Assembly: GCA_000708835.1 (NCBI GenBank)
Contig: DF237343.1
Span: 19,811-83,810 of the forward strand
Reading direction: 5' to 3'
Length of the DNA stretch: 64,000 nt
Source of the DNA: Klebsormidium nitens
Taxonomy: Eukaryota > Plantae > Klebsormidiophyceae
The position numbers and the translations under genes are program-made. The notes below the pieces were generated by a model that was not told where the DNA came from, did no database searches, and saw only the letters and a list, made by a program, of their open reading frames with translations. Below, piece by piece: positions 1-14,100 of this stretch. Numbering within the stretch: position 1 is the first letter of the stretch; each line of letters begins with the position of its first letter.

Positions 1-977
1 CTGTAGCATAAGGTTGCCACCTTTGCTTAGAGATCAAGCTCGGCTCTTGTAGTCCTCAACCAGCTTGTGAAGCTACCCTTGTTGGGATTTGCACCAGAAA
101 TATTGTCACTGAAGTGGAGTTGTTTGTAGATCGATTTAGCAGTACAAGTTGGCATGCGAGCCTTTGTCAAACATTGAGAATGCAGTTTGGGTTGGACAAC
201 CTAGGGACAACGTCAGAGCAGCTAGATAATGTCCGTTCGAGAAGCTTTGCGGTCGTCTCCGCCATTGTGGAGACGTACATTTCCTTTCCGGGCCGCCTGG
301 TTAATTCAGTTGTCACCACAAAACTTGCATCAGTGCGGTTCTGCCAGCTACGTTGTGCACAGTCAACTAGCTGTTGGCTATATAGATGTCAGGCCCTTGA
401 GTCAAACCAGTCCAGGCCGGGCGTTTCCTGATTGTGGACCGTACGATGTATAGCACTGAGGTTCTCATGCTGAGCGGCTGGATTCATTTGATTGCCAGAA
501 TTACGATTGAGACAGCGTGTTGTGGGCTGGCTCCGCATGCCAGGTCTCTCCACCCACACCTATCATGCTTCATATGTTAAACTTTGTCGAACCCGATCAT
601 GGGTACACCGCGTTCCACTAATTACCTATAGCACATGACCGGAGTTGGCACATGGGCGGCATGCGGCATTCAGTGCTAGCTTGCCACATGGTCACTGATT
701 GCCTTCACGTGCATGTGATCGGACAATCATATAATGTTTTTAAGCCGCGCACGTGTTAGCAAGCATGCATGCCAGCCGGACGATCTAGGCCGTGTATCAA
801 AATATAGCTTTTCAGTGTTCTAAAAGCTTTGAACCTTTCGAAGCTTCGACGCAGGTTATCATGGAATAATAGCATTCAACGTTATCGTGACCGTTGTAAA
901 TCAAAGCTCGTAGAAGCAACCACAATTATTGCAACCCGGCCAACTTGAAAATACTATTCGAGCCACCTCAGTTCACC

Positions 978-1047
978 TATACTCATACATTCAACCGCCC
1001 GGCCATGCATTGCAATGCTTGGCTGGGCGATTGAACGTATGAGTATA
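978..1047. repeat. 70-bp near-perfect palindrome (35-bp arms, 4 mismatches, no loop)
   Basis: TATACTCATACATTCAACCGCCCGGCCATGCATTG|CAATGCTTGGCTGGGCGATTGAACGTATGAGTATA; arms compared base by base. Confidence 0.95.
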
Positions 1048-2219
1048 AACGGCACTGCAATGCACCGTTCCATGCATGATCCAATCCAGCACCTTGCTGC
1101 AAAGAACTTCGCAGCGGCGCAGATCGAGGTTTTAATCGTTTCCCATGAAAGTGGAGCGCCTCAGCGCGTTGTACGAGCATGGTGTTTTGGCACAATTGTC
1201 TGCACTTGGTCCTCTGCTCTGGTTCGGTGCAACGTCAAACTGCTGCCGTGCGACAGTGGTAGACAAGTTCTTCTGTTTCAATTTCGGCAAGCTTCACTTT
1301 CTACCAGATTCTTTGATTTGGAGTGACAGGGGCAAGCATTGCTGCCCAGTTTGACCGAAGAGTACATACTTGGGGTTCTTGAGGCTTGGGGAAGTTGTTG
1401 GTGAGCAGCAGAGTACGTACCATACCACAAAGAAAATCTGTAGTTTTGTCGATAGAGTACGCAAGTATCACACTAGCGCTCTTCAAAGAAGTGGTACAGC
1501 TTGCCTCGCACGAAGAAGTCACTGTCCTGCTGCATTGGAAATGTCTATGCATCTAAGTCCAAGGAGAGGTTGAGAAAGCAATCAAAGACTCCAGATGCCT
1601 GTCACCTTGAAGAACTTGTCCAATTTGCGCAACAGATTGGCAACTTGCTTATATTATTATTGTTGACTTCGAAGGAGGGGCTTGACGACAAGAGCAAAAG
1701 TCAGTGTGCCGCTACACATAGTGCCGATGATTGCATGCCTCAAGCTTTGCAAGTTTAAAGCACTCCACTGAAGTAAGTAAGACTTGGCTTTCTAACTTCC
1801 GCCAAAAGAGCGCATGCCACTAGCTCTCTCAACTTTGTCCTACCTAGCGGCCTAGCCTGGGTCAGGTCCTACTTCCCGCTTGATTGTGCTCTGGAACGAT
1901 AAATGAACTCAGAAGCTGCGGACATGGCAAGGAGGATCTTTGCTTTACACAACCATCCTTTCCTTGCATCGAAACAAGTTTCCATTGAAGCAGGTTGCCC
2001 CCCAAGCACATTCTACAGACAAATCCTGCCCAGGCCTATGCGCAAGGTGCTACCTTGCTGGCTATAGCATCCTTCAATATAAGATCATAATGTCCCATCA
2101 CGAAACCACACAGTTGGATAAGCTTCTGAAAGGAGGTGGTGTTAGAAAACACCAGTTTGGTTGGCTGGGATGGTTGTTGATGAGAAACACCTCCCTTCCC
2201 GGTGCAGCGACGACACCGC

Positions 2220-2914
<695 letters not shown>

Positions 2915-3923
2915 TTATTTACCCGGAAATCGGGGAAGTGAATGGCAGCTTCTCATTGGCTCGCTCGAAACGAACCCATGCATCGGCCAATGAAAGTGCC
3001 AAATCAAGAAAGTTCTGTCTCACTTACACACACCGTCCGATAAGATCAAATTCTTATCCGACGGTACAAGAGTCTCATCAAGGGTACCGCACGGGGTGGA
3101 TACTCAGCGCGAGCAGCCCGCGATTCGCGGCCGGCTGTACACCGGCGCCCGCCGGCCGCGGCCCGGGCTGGCAAGGAAGGTTCGTGCGCGATTGTGACGC
3201 GCATACCAAACAGAGCCGGCAGTTTCGCTGTGCATCATTGCATGTGGGCAGCCTGTCGTAATCCGGTCGGCGCACGGACGGTTCTACCGTCCGATGAAAT
3301 GTCTTGCGTTCAGCGACCGTCGATAAAGCAACCATGTGACATTCCGCGCTTCTGCAATTGAATTGCCGCAGACTGCAACTTCAGGTGCAGTACCGTATGT
3401 GACAGCCATGAGCTAATCATGGAGTGGCTCCCAGCTTCTCGCTGACTCTCAGCGTGTATACGGTAGAAAAGACGCGAGCTCTTGCCAGCTCAATGAGGAT
3501 GCATATGCAAGGGTGTAATGCCGTGAGATCTAGCACGCTGAGCTGATCAGGAAGTCACCTGAGCGAATCCAACTGTAATGCTGTCAATCAGCAAGTCATA
3601 TAGCGCATCTGCAAGGCACCTTACTTATGGTAGGTTCTTGCAGTTAGTCTGGGGTTGACTCTCAACTCGTACACCCTCGGATCTTTGATGCTTTAACACC
3701 TAGATTGGTGTGTGTGATTAACGTATCTGAAGTCATACCAACTATAGACATGTTTGAAGAATCACTAAACCCATTTTTCGGAGCAGCTGTAACCATCTTG
3801 AAGCAGATCCTCAACCAATCCTTGGCAAGTGGCATAGAAGTGCAGAGAGTCTTTCCGCGAATCTTCAGCTCTTTGGCACTGCCGCTTGCACCGCCGTTTG
3901 TCCACCCACCAGCAGAACTAGAA

Positions 3924-6764
3924 ATGGCAGAGAGTAGTGCAAACACCACCATGATGGGCGTCGCAGCTGCCGTAGTAGATGCGTGCGCTGTCGCTGAAGA
4001 AGAGGAAGGCACCTGCTATGACCCCTACCAAGCAAAAGTCCTCAGCATTGTATCAATCTTTGTCATTTTGGTAGCGAGCGCTATTGGCGTGTTCTTGCCG
4101 CTCTTTGGGAAGAAGTGCCTCAAGAGCTGCCAACCTGGGAGCTTCGTGTTCATTGTTGGTGAGCGACGTAGAGCAATTGCTGTGTTTCCTTCTCGGAAGT
4201 CATGAGTATTGAATGTCATGCAACTCTCTTAGATAGCGCCCTAGATAGAAAACATTCAAATGATGACTGGGGGGAGAAATTCGGGCGTGGATCAGATCTG
4301 AGGGTATGCGTATTCCACCACTAAGTTTTGATCAAGATACAAGAGTCGCCTCCACACTGCCTAGTTGCTGCACGGAGTATAGCACCTCTGTAATGGTGAC
4401 CGCTTCTGGGGTTTATGTCCATGACCCTTGTAAAGGTTATCGGACCCATGTACCCAGCATTCCTAAAGGCTTGATGACAAAATCAAATAGTCCAAAGTAG
4501 ACGCAATCGGTTCTACTGTCCCAGCTTCGAATTAAATTGACTGGACCTTCTTCTCATACAGGAAAATGCTTCTCCTCCGGGATCGTCCTTGGGCTCGCCT
4601 TCACGCACGTCCTCTTTGACGCCGTTGAGAAGCTCCAAAGCGAGTGCCTAAGTGACACCTGGCACAAATTTCCGTGGGCCTTCTTCATTGCCGCCCTTGG
4701 AGTAGTTGGCAGCCTCGCACTTGAATTGTTAACCGTCAGTTTCCACGAACTGATCACCGGTAACGAGTCCCTAAACATTCTCGCCAAAGCGCACCACCAT
4801 GAGGCGGGACAGTCCACGGAGAAGCAAGCAGCGGTGGTTAGCGCTGAGCCAACCGATGGCATCTTCGAACAGGTGGCAGTTGATGAGAGGGGGTGGACTA
4901 AAGAGGAGGCCGCCGCAGCAAAGGCGCTTCGGCGGAAACGAGTAATTGCTGAGGTGAGGTCTATTGTCTGCTTGCTTCATCCCATGACACTTCCCTCACG
5001 ACAGCTTGTTTGTGGGCACTTCACACAAACATCCTTGCTGTTTGCTTGCGGGGTTTGTTATCTGGTCACGTTGCTTCTTCACCCTTTGATCTTGGTGGTA
5101 ATTTTCTTGTATTGAGTCCGAAAGAGTTCTGCACACCAGGCTCTCAAGGCAAACGGAGTCTCTGCTAACGTTAGAGGCCAGGAAACTGCATAACGTTGAA
5201 AGCCAAACTTTCCCAGGAATGGAACGATTTCCAATGTGAAGTCAAAGTTCCTACCAACGAAGCCCAAGGCTCATTTGTCTGTTTCTAATCTCCTTCCAAC
5301 GGCCCACTTTAGAACCAAGGAAAGTCAGAATTAGCAGGTAGCTGCTAGCTTTGACACATTGACCAGAGGGACGGTCCCTTTTTGGGGGACCCTGGGCACA
5401 AACCCTCGACCATGACCAAAGTCTTCTCAGAGTCTTCTCAATAGCAACCCTTAAGGCCAGTGCCGATCAAGCACCAGACAGCGGGACTTGTGAAAGGTCG
5501 CCCTTCCATTGAAGCTCCACCATGCCACATCCGTCTTGGTTCGACTTCCAAACCTACTAAATCGGCCACCCCTTGCGTTGACCAATCTCCGAACTTCTTC
5601 CTAAGTATCTCTGAAACCTCAAACCGTAGGATCTGCGATCCCCGAAGCTCTTGGAACGCAAGGTCTCCGACGCTCTAAAAACTTATGAACCAAAGTCTTA
5701 TACTGTCGGCACTCGTCTTTGACAGGTCCTCGAGATTGGCATCGTGACGCACTCAGTCCTTGTCGGGCTCGGCCAGGGAACTAGCACCAACAAGTGCACC
5801 GTCACGACTCTACTGGTCGCCCTCATTTTCCACCAGATCTTCGAAGGGATTGCACTTGGCAGCTGCATCGTAGAGGCAGCGTACAGCCTTACGACCACTC
5901 TGTTGTTCGGAGGGCTGTTCGCGATCACGACACCCTTTGGGATTGCTCTGGGGCTTGCGATCAGGTAGGCATGGAATCCCTTTTTGCATCCCTTTTGCGG
6001 CTTTCTGTAACCGTCCAACCGTTTGACTGCGAACTTTCTTTGGAAATGTAAAATGGAGTGCGACCAGCTTCCGAAGGTTTTGGTGAAGGCAGTCAGATTC
6101 GATCCAGCGCCCTACGTTGAAGGAAGTCAAGGGACCCTCTCACGTGGGATCTCCTTGCCAATCGTAAGAGAAGCAACTGCACAACTCTCTATCTCTTCTT
6201 GCCGTACATAGAACAGGATTAGTCTGGCTTATGCAGTTGGTTAAGTTGATGTTCGCTCACCACACTCACCAGTGCTAACAGAACCGTACTCAGCAGTTGA
6301 CCGTGGTCCATAAACAAGTTCTCCGAAAAGTCCAAAAAGTCTGCCTTTCATCAAACTGTTGTTAAGCTCTCACATCGAGTAAACTTGGACGTACCAGACT
6401 TCCAACATTTGCACACGGGATGAGTTTCGTTGCCGTCTCAGTCCAAGGTCAGCAACCCCAACTCCAAGTAACACAACGTTCCATCTGCATCTTCGTTCGT
6501 GCGCATCAGGGTGATCGGTCTCACCCAATGGCTCGCTTCGACTGCAGGTCCTCTTACAACGACCTGTCCGCTTCGTCCCTCATCACGGAAGGCATATTCA
6601 ACTCGGTGACTGCCGGCATTTTGGTATACATGGCGACCGTGGACCTTATCGCCCACGACTTCTTTAGCGAGACCATGCTCAAGAGCCGAAAGACGCTCTG
6701 GTGCAGCTACGGCGCGCTTGTGGCGGGGCTTGGCTGCATGTCGGCAATCGCGTATTGGGCTTGA
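3924..6764 (+). CDS. ZIP-family (ZRT/IRT-like) Zn/Fe transporter, 4 exons (3924-4158, 4562-4953, 5726-5964, 6548-6764); an upstream in-frame ATG at 3750 is an alternative start
   Basis: Contains KCFSSGIVLGLAFTHVL, a His-containing loop (HHHE), LEIGIVTHSVLVGL, FHQIFEGIALG and a C-terminal MSAIAYWA*. All GT-AG junctions are phase-consistent. Confidence 0.95.
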
Positions 6765-8108
6765 TATGGCATGGCGTATGATGTCCATCTGCACGTACAG
6801 AGGGTCCGGCGGCACCTGGGGGAGCCGCTTTCCTCGTACTCAGATCTGGTTGTTTTGAGTCATTTAGAATCAAGGGTCTGTCCGACTCTGGGTCTGCAAG
6901 AACACGTAAATCATTATCCTCTTTTGAAAGTTAAGTATGGTATACATCAATGTCCAATTAACGTTGGCTACTTCAGTTGGTCGGGTCGATGCTGGCATGC
7001 AAGCATTGTGAATCTTGGGCCTGACTACATACTACATATAGCCAACGAAGGCTTGTCGGAAGGCTCAACAAGAGTATAGTTCATTGTCATGGTCCATGCT
7101 TTCCGAGCGCACACTATCAATCAAAGAGCTACTACCGTACTGTAAGACTGTGGATTTGAAGAGCGAAGAGTTGTACGTATATCATCAAAATAAGACTTGA
7201 TCGACCATGCAGCCTTACTCAATTAAAGTCACCTGCAGCTCCAAATTTTATTGAGTGAAGCGGGTGAGCGGGACGACGTAAGTATACGTCCTTGGCACGC
7301 ACGACGCATGCAGACCAGGGCGGGCCCGTCACTGTGACACATGTGTGATTGAAAGATCCGGGGTCGACGCAACGCGTTGCACCGTTGCGGTGCACCGCCA
7401 GGGCGGCGCGCCTATCTAGCTCACTCGAATTATTGCAGCCGCGCCAGGATATATCGAGATCCGTTTCGTTGAGCTGTTTATAAAACAATCCGAATGATCG
7501 TTGTACATATCATATCAGTCCGCGGGCCGCGCTGCCATTTCCACCGGATGGCGGACGCTGCTATCGCACATGGCGGCTTCCCTATCGAATTTCATTGTCA
7601 GTATCACATGTCATGATTGTGCAAGCATCTCTTAATGAGGCCAAACCACCCCAATCACCGGATGGTGGCGTCAGCAGATTCATAGTTGCCGTGAATTTTG
7701 ATTGGCAGGGAACGCAGTCCCAAGATTGCGAGGCATTAATTCGAAGTAATGAAACCACGTACGTAATTCCTCAGGATCGAGGGGTCATTGTGCAAATGAC
7801 CTGTGAAGGTTAACTGACGAACCACTTCCATACTATCTGCTGATCCGAGTCACCAAGTTTTGAGCCGCTTGTAACCGTTCATCTCTGTGTGCAGTCCACA
7901 TAAGCAGCTCGCCAATCAAATTCCATCACTTGAGAACCAGGATGTGGCTTTTTCATTGATGCCAGCTAAGACTGGGCCTCTGCAAGCCACGAGTCTATCT
8001 GCTCACTCAATCAGCGACTCAGTCAAGCGCGTGCAACTTCACAGTCATCAAAAACATCACGGCAGATCATCGCAAAATCAGGCTCTTGCCAACGGTCCTG
8101 ACAACAAC

Positions 8109-11100
8109 CTAGCCCCCGAGCCCCTTCTCTTGGTACAATTTCACCAGATCCTTTTTGCTAATGTTCTTGACCGCCAGAATCTCGGTGGCATACCCCGCCG
8201 CCGTCAGCTCCATCTTCAGTTGGGCGACCGTCTTCTTGATGGGATCGCCCCCGCCCTTCGCGGCGACTGCGGCTGCCGGCGCGGGCCCTCCGGCTGCAGG
8301 TTACAAAAGCGACCGGTATGTCACAGTACAAGCGTATTATACTCCCCAAAAACGGGGAGGCCCGGTAGAAAACCTGGCAACGCTTGCTTATTGCGAAACC
8401 AAATGCGAAAGGAGTCTCGTTCGCGTCTGGTTTGACTAGCGCACCTAGACCCCGCCCTAGCCGCTCTTAAACCGAGCCTTCCCTTTCCAGCTTTCGATGA
8501 CAACCGGTTTCACACACTCTAAGACCGATTACCATTTTCGCTCCCCTCTGACGATACTCTGTAGCCGTGTCATTCAGCAGCGAAGCAGATCACCCACCTG
8601 CTTCAGTGCGCGCGCGTTTTCGCGGCACTTCGGGGGTCTCCATGTCCACGTCCATTGGCCCCCCTCCTACAGCGGCCCCGTTCGCCTGCGCCTGCGCCGC
8701 CTCTCGCCCGTGACGCGCAATCCGCTCGTCCAAAACCTGCCGTTCAGCCGTCAAGGTCTGCGCGCAAGCGTGACAGGCAAGGATGAGCCTCGCTACGTCC
8801 TCCGCTTTAAAGAAACATTGCCTTGGCGATGTAGCTGCCCGGTATCGGTAACTAACAGAAGCTTCTCCGTCATATATTGCTTGTTCCAAGCACGGCAAGG
8901 GCAACAAACAGCGTCTGCTGATTACGAAATTTTGTCAGCATTGGAGCACATTCTGAAGATGGTCATCTGCTAGACATGAACCAGCTAAAACGTCGTCATA
9001 AAATCGCGCACACCACGTGCAACAGTGTGGCAACAGAAGACGGCGAAGCAGCCCACCTTCATCCCCTTCCCTTCTTAAACATAATTCTGATTAGATTGCT
9101 TACTCGTTGGGATGTGTATTTATTAGCAGAAATCTTCGGTCGACGTTGCTTGCGAAGATACTACAAAGCCTTCGGATTTGTCTCAAACGTACGGGCTCCA
9201 GAATTCTTTCCCCTTCACGTCTTTCAATACCCCCTCGTTCCCCTCACCTGCACCTGCTGTTCGAGCGCGGCCCGCGCCTGCGTGGCGGCACCCAGCCGGG
9301 CGTTCAGGTCGAGTTGCTCGGCTTCCCGCGCGCGCTGCTCCTCCTGCAGCCGCGCCACGTCCGCGCGCAGCCGCTGCGCTTCGAGTTCGAGGCGAGTGAC
9401 ACTGGCGCGTGAGTCCTGGATACGAAACGAGCTTGGTTGAGAATAAGGACACCTGTGAAACGAGCTTGGTTGAGAGTTGGGATGCCAGTGAATCAGGCTT
9501 GGTTAGGAGTGAGGATGCCTGCCGAGCAGCCTGCTAGGCAAAAGCACAGGCTAAATCATCTTGCATGAGACTCCAGGAAGTCGATACTGATGCGGGCAAG
9601 GCCTGAATAGTGACCGAAGGTAGGTAGGAGTGACGAACGCGTCTTTGTCAAATCAGCGCTTGTCTAAAGCAATCATGGGAACACTTCGACTTGAGTGAAC
9701 CGAGCCTGAACCCGGAATCCAAGCACCAATACCTAGTCCTCTGGAACCACGAAACCGGGCACCCAAAACACTTAACCAAACTGCAAAGCTCTAGGGTTCC
9801 GAACAGTTCTTGCTCATTTCCCTTACCTCTGGCGTCGGTGCACTACGGTTCTAATTTTGACTTCGGGAGCAATCCAGAAACAAAATAACCAGGAGAAACC
9901 AGCACCGCAACCCCACTTCTTTTCAATCACAACTCCTGGTAACCAGTATTCCAAGACTCTAGCACCCCTGCGATCCCCACCTGCAGGTGTTGCTCCCCTT
10001 TCGCGACTTTGGCGGCCGTGCAGTTTTAACGATTCAAGATTCCAAAAGCACTACGTCATTACAATAGCAAGACCAGAGCCGGATAATATTACAGAAACCC
10101 GATTTCAAGACCACGAACCCTGAAAAGCAGATGCCAATATTTTACCCTCCGCGGGCTCCGCACCTGCAGTTGTTGCTCCACTTCCGCGACTCTGGCGGCC
10201 GTGCGTTGCACCCCCTGCCCCCGCGCCGCTAGCGCCTCCATGTCCTTCTTCATCTCCGACAAGCGCTGCGCGGAGGCCCGCTCGGCCGCCTCCGAAGCCG
10301 CCAACGAGTCCTGCGCAGTCAGCAGCAGAACGTGAGCTCTATGACTGTGACCCTTTCCTGTCGCCGTGCCCAAGGATCGCCGGACGCAGTCGAAGAGAAA
10401 ACTGCGTTTCGGAAAAGCGAAGAACGCTAATGACGACGCTCAATCCCACGATCGGCGTTCATATGGACTGTTATAGAGGATTCAAACCTGGCGAGAAAGA
10501 AAAACGCCTAACCACTTACAACTTTTGCGGCGTTTTCAACCACGCGACATGCTGCCGTAGACACAACGCAATGTCGGAAATCGCTTTTCAGACCAAGACA
10601 GGAAGCAAAAGATAAGAAAGGGCCCCCGTTCAGCAGCCGACAGAAAACCAGCTTCTAAGGTCGTCCTTCGCAAAGAAAGAACCATAGGCCGCTTCCCCGC
10701 ACCTGTGCGTCCTGCTTCTCCTGCACGAGCCGTGCCTTATCCCCCTCTAGCGCGCGGACCGTCTCCTCGAGCCGCGCAGCGTCGTCGCGCGCCCGCCGCA
10801 AGCCGCTCTCCGCGGCCGCGCGTGCGCCCTCCGCCTCCGCCTTTTCCGCCGCCAGTTGCGCTGCCCGCTGCCGCGCTTCGTCGAGCGCTTGCCCGCTAGA
10901 CCGCTCGCGCGAGGCTAAACTGGTCTCCAGCCGCCGGACGTCGCCCTCTAACCCCTGGAGCACAAAGAAAGAACGCCAAGGAGTTCAGAACTGATGGCGA
11001 GTCGCCCCGTGCTGAAGACAACTAGCGTTTGCACAAGTTGTTGCTACCGGCAGGGTGCGAATCTTGCATCCTTGAGCAACTCATGGAGTAGCCAGGTCTG

Positions 11101-14100
11101 GTTTTAACTCGTAACAGAAACGCCAAAAAGGCGATGGTCGGCAATGTGTGCAAAACTTGCACACGATGTTCATCCAAGATTATTCTGATCAGGCGTACAA
11201 CCCGTGCTCGGCGCCGGTAAGGCAACCGTCAGAGTCAACCCCCTTCTCCTTTTCAAATATTTTCCCCTTCGTCAAATTTCTGTGAAAGCACTAGGACGCG
11301 GGGTGCAGACTGCGGACATCGGAATGCGATTCGGGGAGCGGAGCAAGGAACGCTGACACTGGGAAGATGGATGCAGTGCTGACCTTGAGCTGCGCTGCCA
11401 GGCTGGCAACCTCTCCCTCCTTTTCCCGCAGCCGCGCGTTTGCACTTCGCAGCTCGCTCTCCTGCGTCACAAGCACGCAGAATTCAGGGTCCGCTTTGCT
11501 GGGAAGTCAAGGGCGAGCTTCGCGCCCCAGGCACAAGCATAAGACGTCCTTCTCGTGAGGCCGCGACAACAAGCTCCCCTCATGACAGGGTGCGATCAAG
11601 ATAGATCAGGCTTCAGAAAGCGCCGCCTTGAGAGCGCGGGAAACGTACGGACTGGACGATTCCTCGGCAGCTTTTAAAATGGAAAGCCGGCATTCTCCTT
11701 GCGCCACACGCAATGAAAGCTTTTTTATTGTTCAAGCGCAGAAGAACTGAGAATATCTGAAAGTCAGGGCGTGCACTTTTGCATCTGATAAATGGTGAAC
11801 CTTTGCTGGCTCGTGGTACGATAAACGGTGCCACAAGCAAACGAAGGGATGCGTGCGGTTCCAGAAGCGATTAACTGTTTATAGCGTCATGACTGGGCCT
11901 CACGACCGCCGTACCTTCCCGGCCAGTGTCTGGTGGTGACCCGTCGCCTGGCGCTCCTCACGCTCGCGCGCCTCCTTGTGCGCGCGCTCCAGAGCCGCTG
12001 CAGCTCGGGCCTCCGCCTCGCGGCGCGCGCTCGCCTCAGCATCCCTAGACCAATAACTTTCGTTATCAAGCTAGCCAGCCGAGAAGATAATTCCACGGCG
12101 TTCCGCGAAATTGAGCCGCTTAGAAGACAGGAAGACCCAAAAGCCCCCCGGGAGTGGTCCAGTGATGTCAAAAACCCGGGGAAATGACGAGGTCGAAATC
12201 TTGTAGAGTAGAAGGGCAGGAGCAGGGACCGTCGGCTGAGAACCCTAGCCGGCGATGACAAAGATAGCGGGCGGCACCACACCAAAGTTATTTCAGGGTA
12301 AGATTGCTTGCTGCTCGTATACACGCGATCATGTGCAGGCCTCCTGTCCGGTAACTCTAGGCTCCCCCTGGAACCGCAGCCTTAGACGGAAAAGAGAAAG
12401 GTACATGAAACTTAGATTTCCCACCACTGCCTCCTCGCGTCTTCCGCCGTCCCGGCGTTCGCCGCCGCCTCCTTCTCCGCCGCGTCACGTGCTGACGTCA
12501 CGCTCCGCAGCTGCGCCTCCAGTGCCTTGTATGCATCCGTTGCCGCGGCACGCTCTTGCTCGACCACCCGATGCAGAGGTCCTCGGGCCAAACTGCAATC
12601 GGACGAAACAGATTGGTCGTCGGCTGACGCAAGACGTTCAGACCGTCTCAGCCACGTTTAGACCAGTGGCCCGGCCGATCAACATATCAACGTCGTCATC
12701 ACTCAACGCCTTATGCGAGCTCGAGTGCAACCTACAACAAGCCCTAACAGCAGTTACTTCGTCAATGAACCATCTCACGAACGCATCTTTCCGAACGACC
12801 CGTCACAAATACGTCGACGCATTCCTTCCGCTGAAAGGTGCTTCTAGGGCTTTCCTTGCGACTGTCTGCACATTCATCACGAGAGTCGACAGCCGTGAAC
12901 CGTATGAATGCGCCAGCGTCGTTTTACTTTCCCACCATCGCTCACCTCTCCTGCAAATATGTCACCACCGCTTGCGCCTTCCCCGGCCCCGCCGCCGCCC
13001 GGTCGTACTCCTGCAGCGCTGCCGCCAGCGCTGCTACGACCTGCTCGAGCCGTGCCCCCGGCGCGCCCGCGGCCGCGGCAAGGCGCGCGTCGAGTGCGCT
13101 TATGGCGCGCGTGCACGCCAGCTCCGCTTCCACCAGAACACGCCCCCGGTACTCCTGGACGGAGGATTTGTTGAGAACATTAGAGTCGGACGAGAGCAAA
13201 GGACTTGATCAAAACCAGGTCAAAGGATTTCGCTTAGATGCTTCTCGTTCGTGTGCAGACCAGCTACGCCTCCACCTGGACGCGCCCGGACAAGAGAAAG
13301 GGTCCAAAAGATATTAGACTCGGACTTGAAGCAAAGGATTGGCTGTTCACTTGAAGCAAAGAAAGTTTGGCTTCTGGCTGAGGCTTCCAACACCCTCTCA
13401 CTTCGTCGAAGCGTTTGGTCGCGTGAAGCACGGTTCGTCAAAATTTCGATCGGATTTTCGAATGATATTGTCCGAACCTGTCAGAACGTGTCAACGTTGA
13501 ATCTTTGCTAATTTTCAACCGGCGATACTGAATCCACCTTGAGGTCTCCTGAATAAAGGTCACCCAGTCTCGTCCAAAAAGTCAGGGTCTGCTCGATTGG
13601 ATAGTCAAAACTGGAAACGAAGGCTAAACTCAGGCTTCCAAGGCTCATCTCACCTCAAACTGCTTCCCCAGCTCCGCCCTCAGCCTCGTCTCGAACGGTT
13701 GCCGCACCTCAGCGCTGCCCACGGCCTCCCTGGAGAATGCACCGAGCGCTGCGTCGACTGCGGCGCTGTGAGCGGCCGCCAGGGGTCCCTCCTCCGGGGG
13801 AGTGCTCCGGTCGAAAGAGGTAGAGTATGCGGCGAGCGCGGAGTCGTAGGCGCGCCGGCACTCCCCCTCGGCAACACTCTGCACACGGGGGGCGTCGACA
13901 ACTTAGATGAAGCGGGATCAGGCAAACGGTGGGGTGCGTGACGGTCGGTGGTTCGAGGTGGCTCCATCCGTTGGGAGCCTTCAAGCGGAGGAGCTCCAAC
14001 TCCTCAACATACTGCCGAGTATTATGTTCGTGGTTGAATGTGATTGATCCAGAGAATGCTCAAGCCAAACGTTTTACACTTGAAACTCACGTACTCACAC

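Noticed and set aside
114-431. ORF at the window start with a possible exon (FGLDNLG...IVET)
   Set aside because: No recognisable motif and no supporting neighbouring exons in the window.
1440-1660. Possible minus-strand exon pair QVANLLRKLDKFFK / DSDFFVRGKLYHFFEER*
   Set aside because: In-frame stops lie immediately upstream, the acceptor is weak and there is no family match.
2955-3130. Opposed CCAAT boxes (2955, 2987) and a one-mismatch histone octamer (CGCGAATC) upstream of H4
   Set aside because: Short, imperfect motifs expected by chance.
7219-7488. 89-aa ORF considered as a transposase fragment
   Set aside because: No catalytic motif; it lies in a palindrome island and looks spurious.
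12255-13317. Long plus-strand ORFs (317 aa, 159 aa)
   Set aside because: Antisense to GC-rich coiled-coil exons of the GBP gene.
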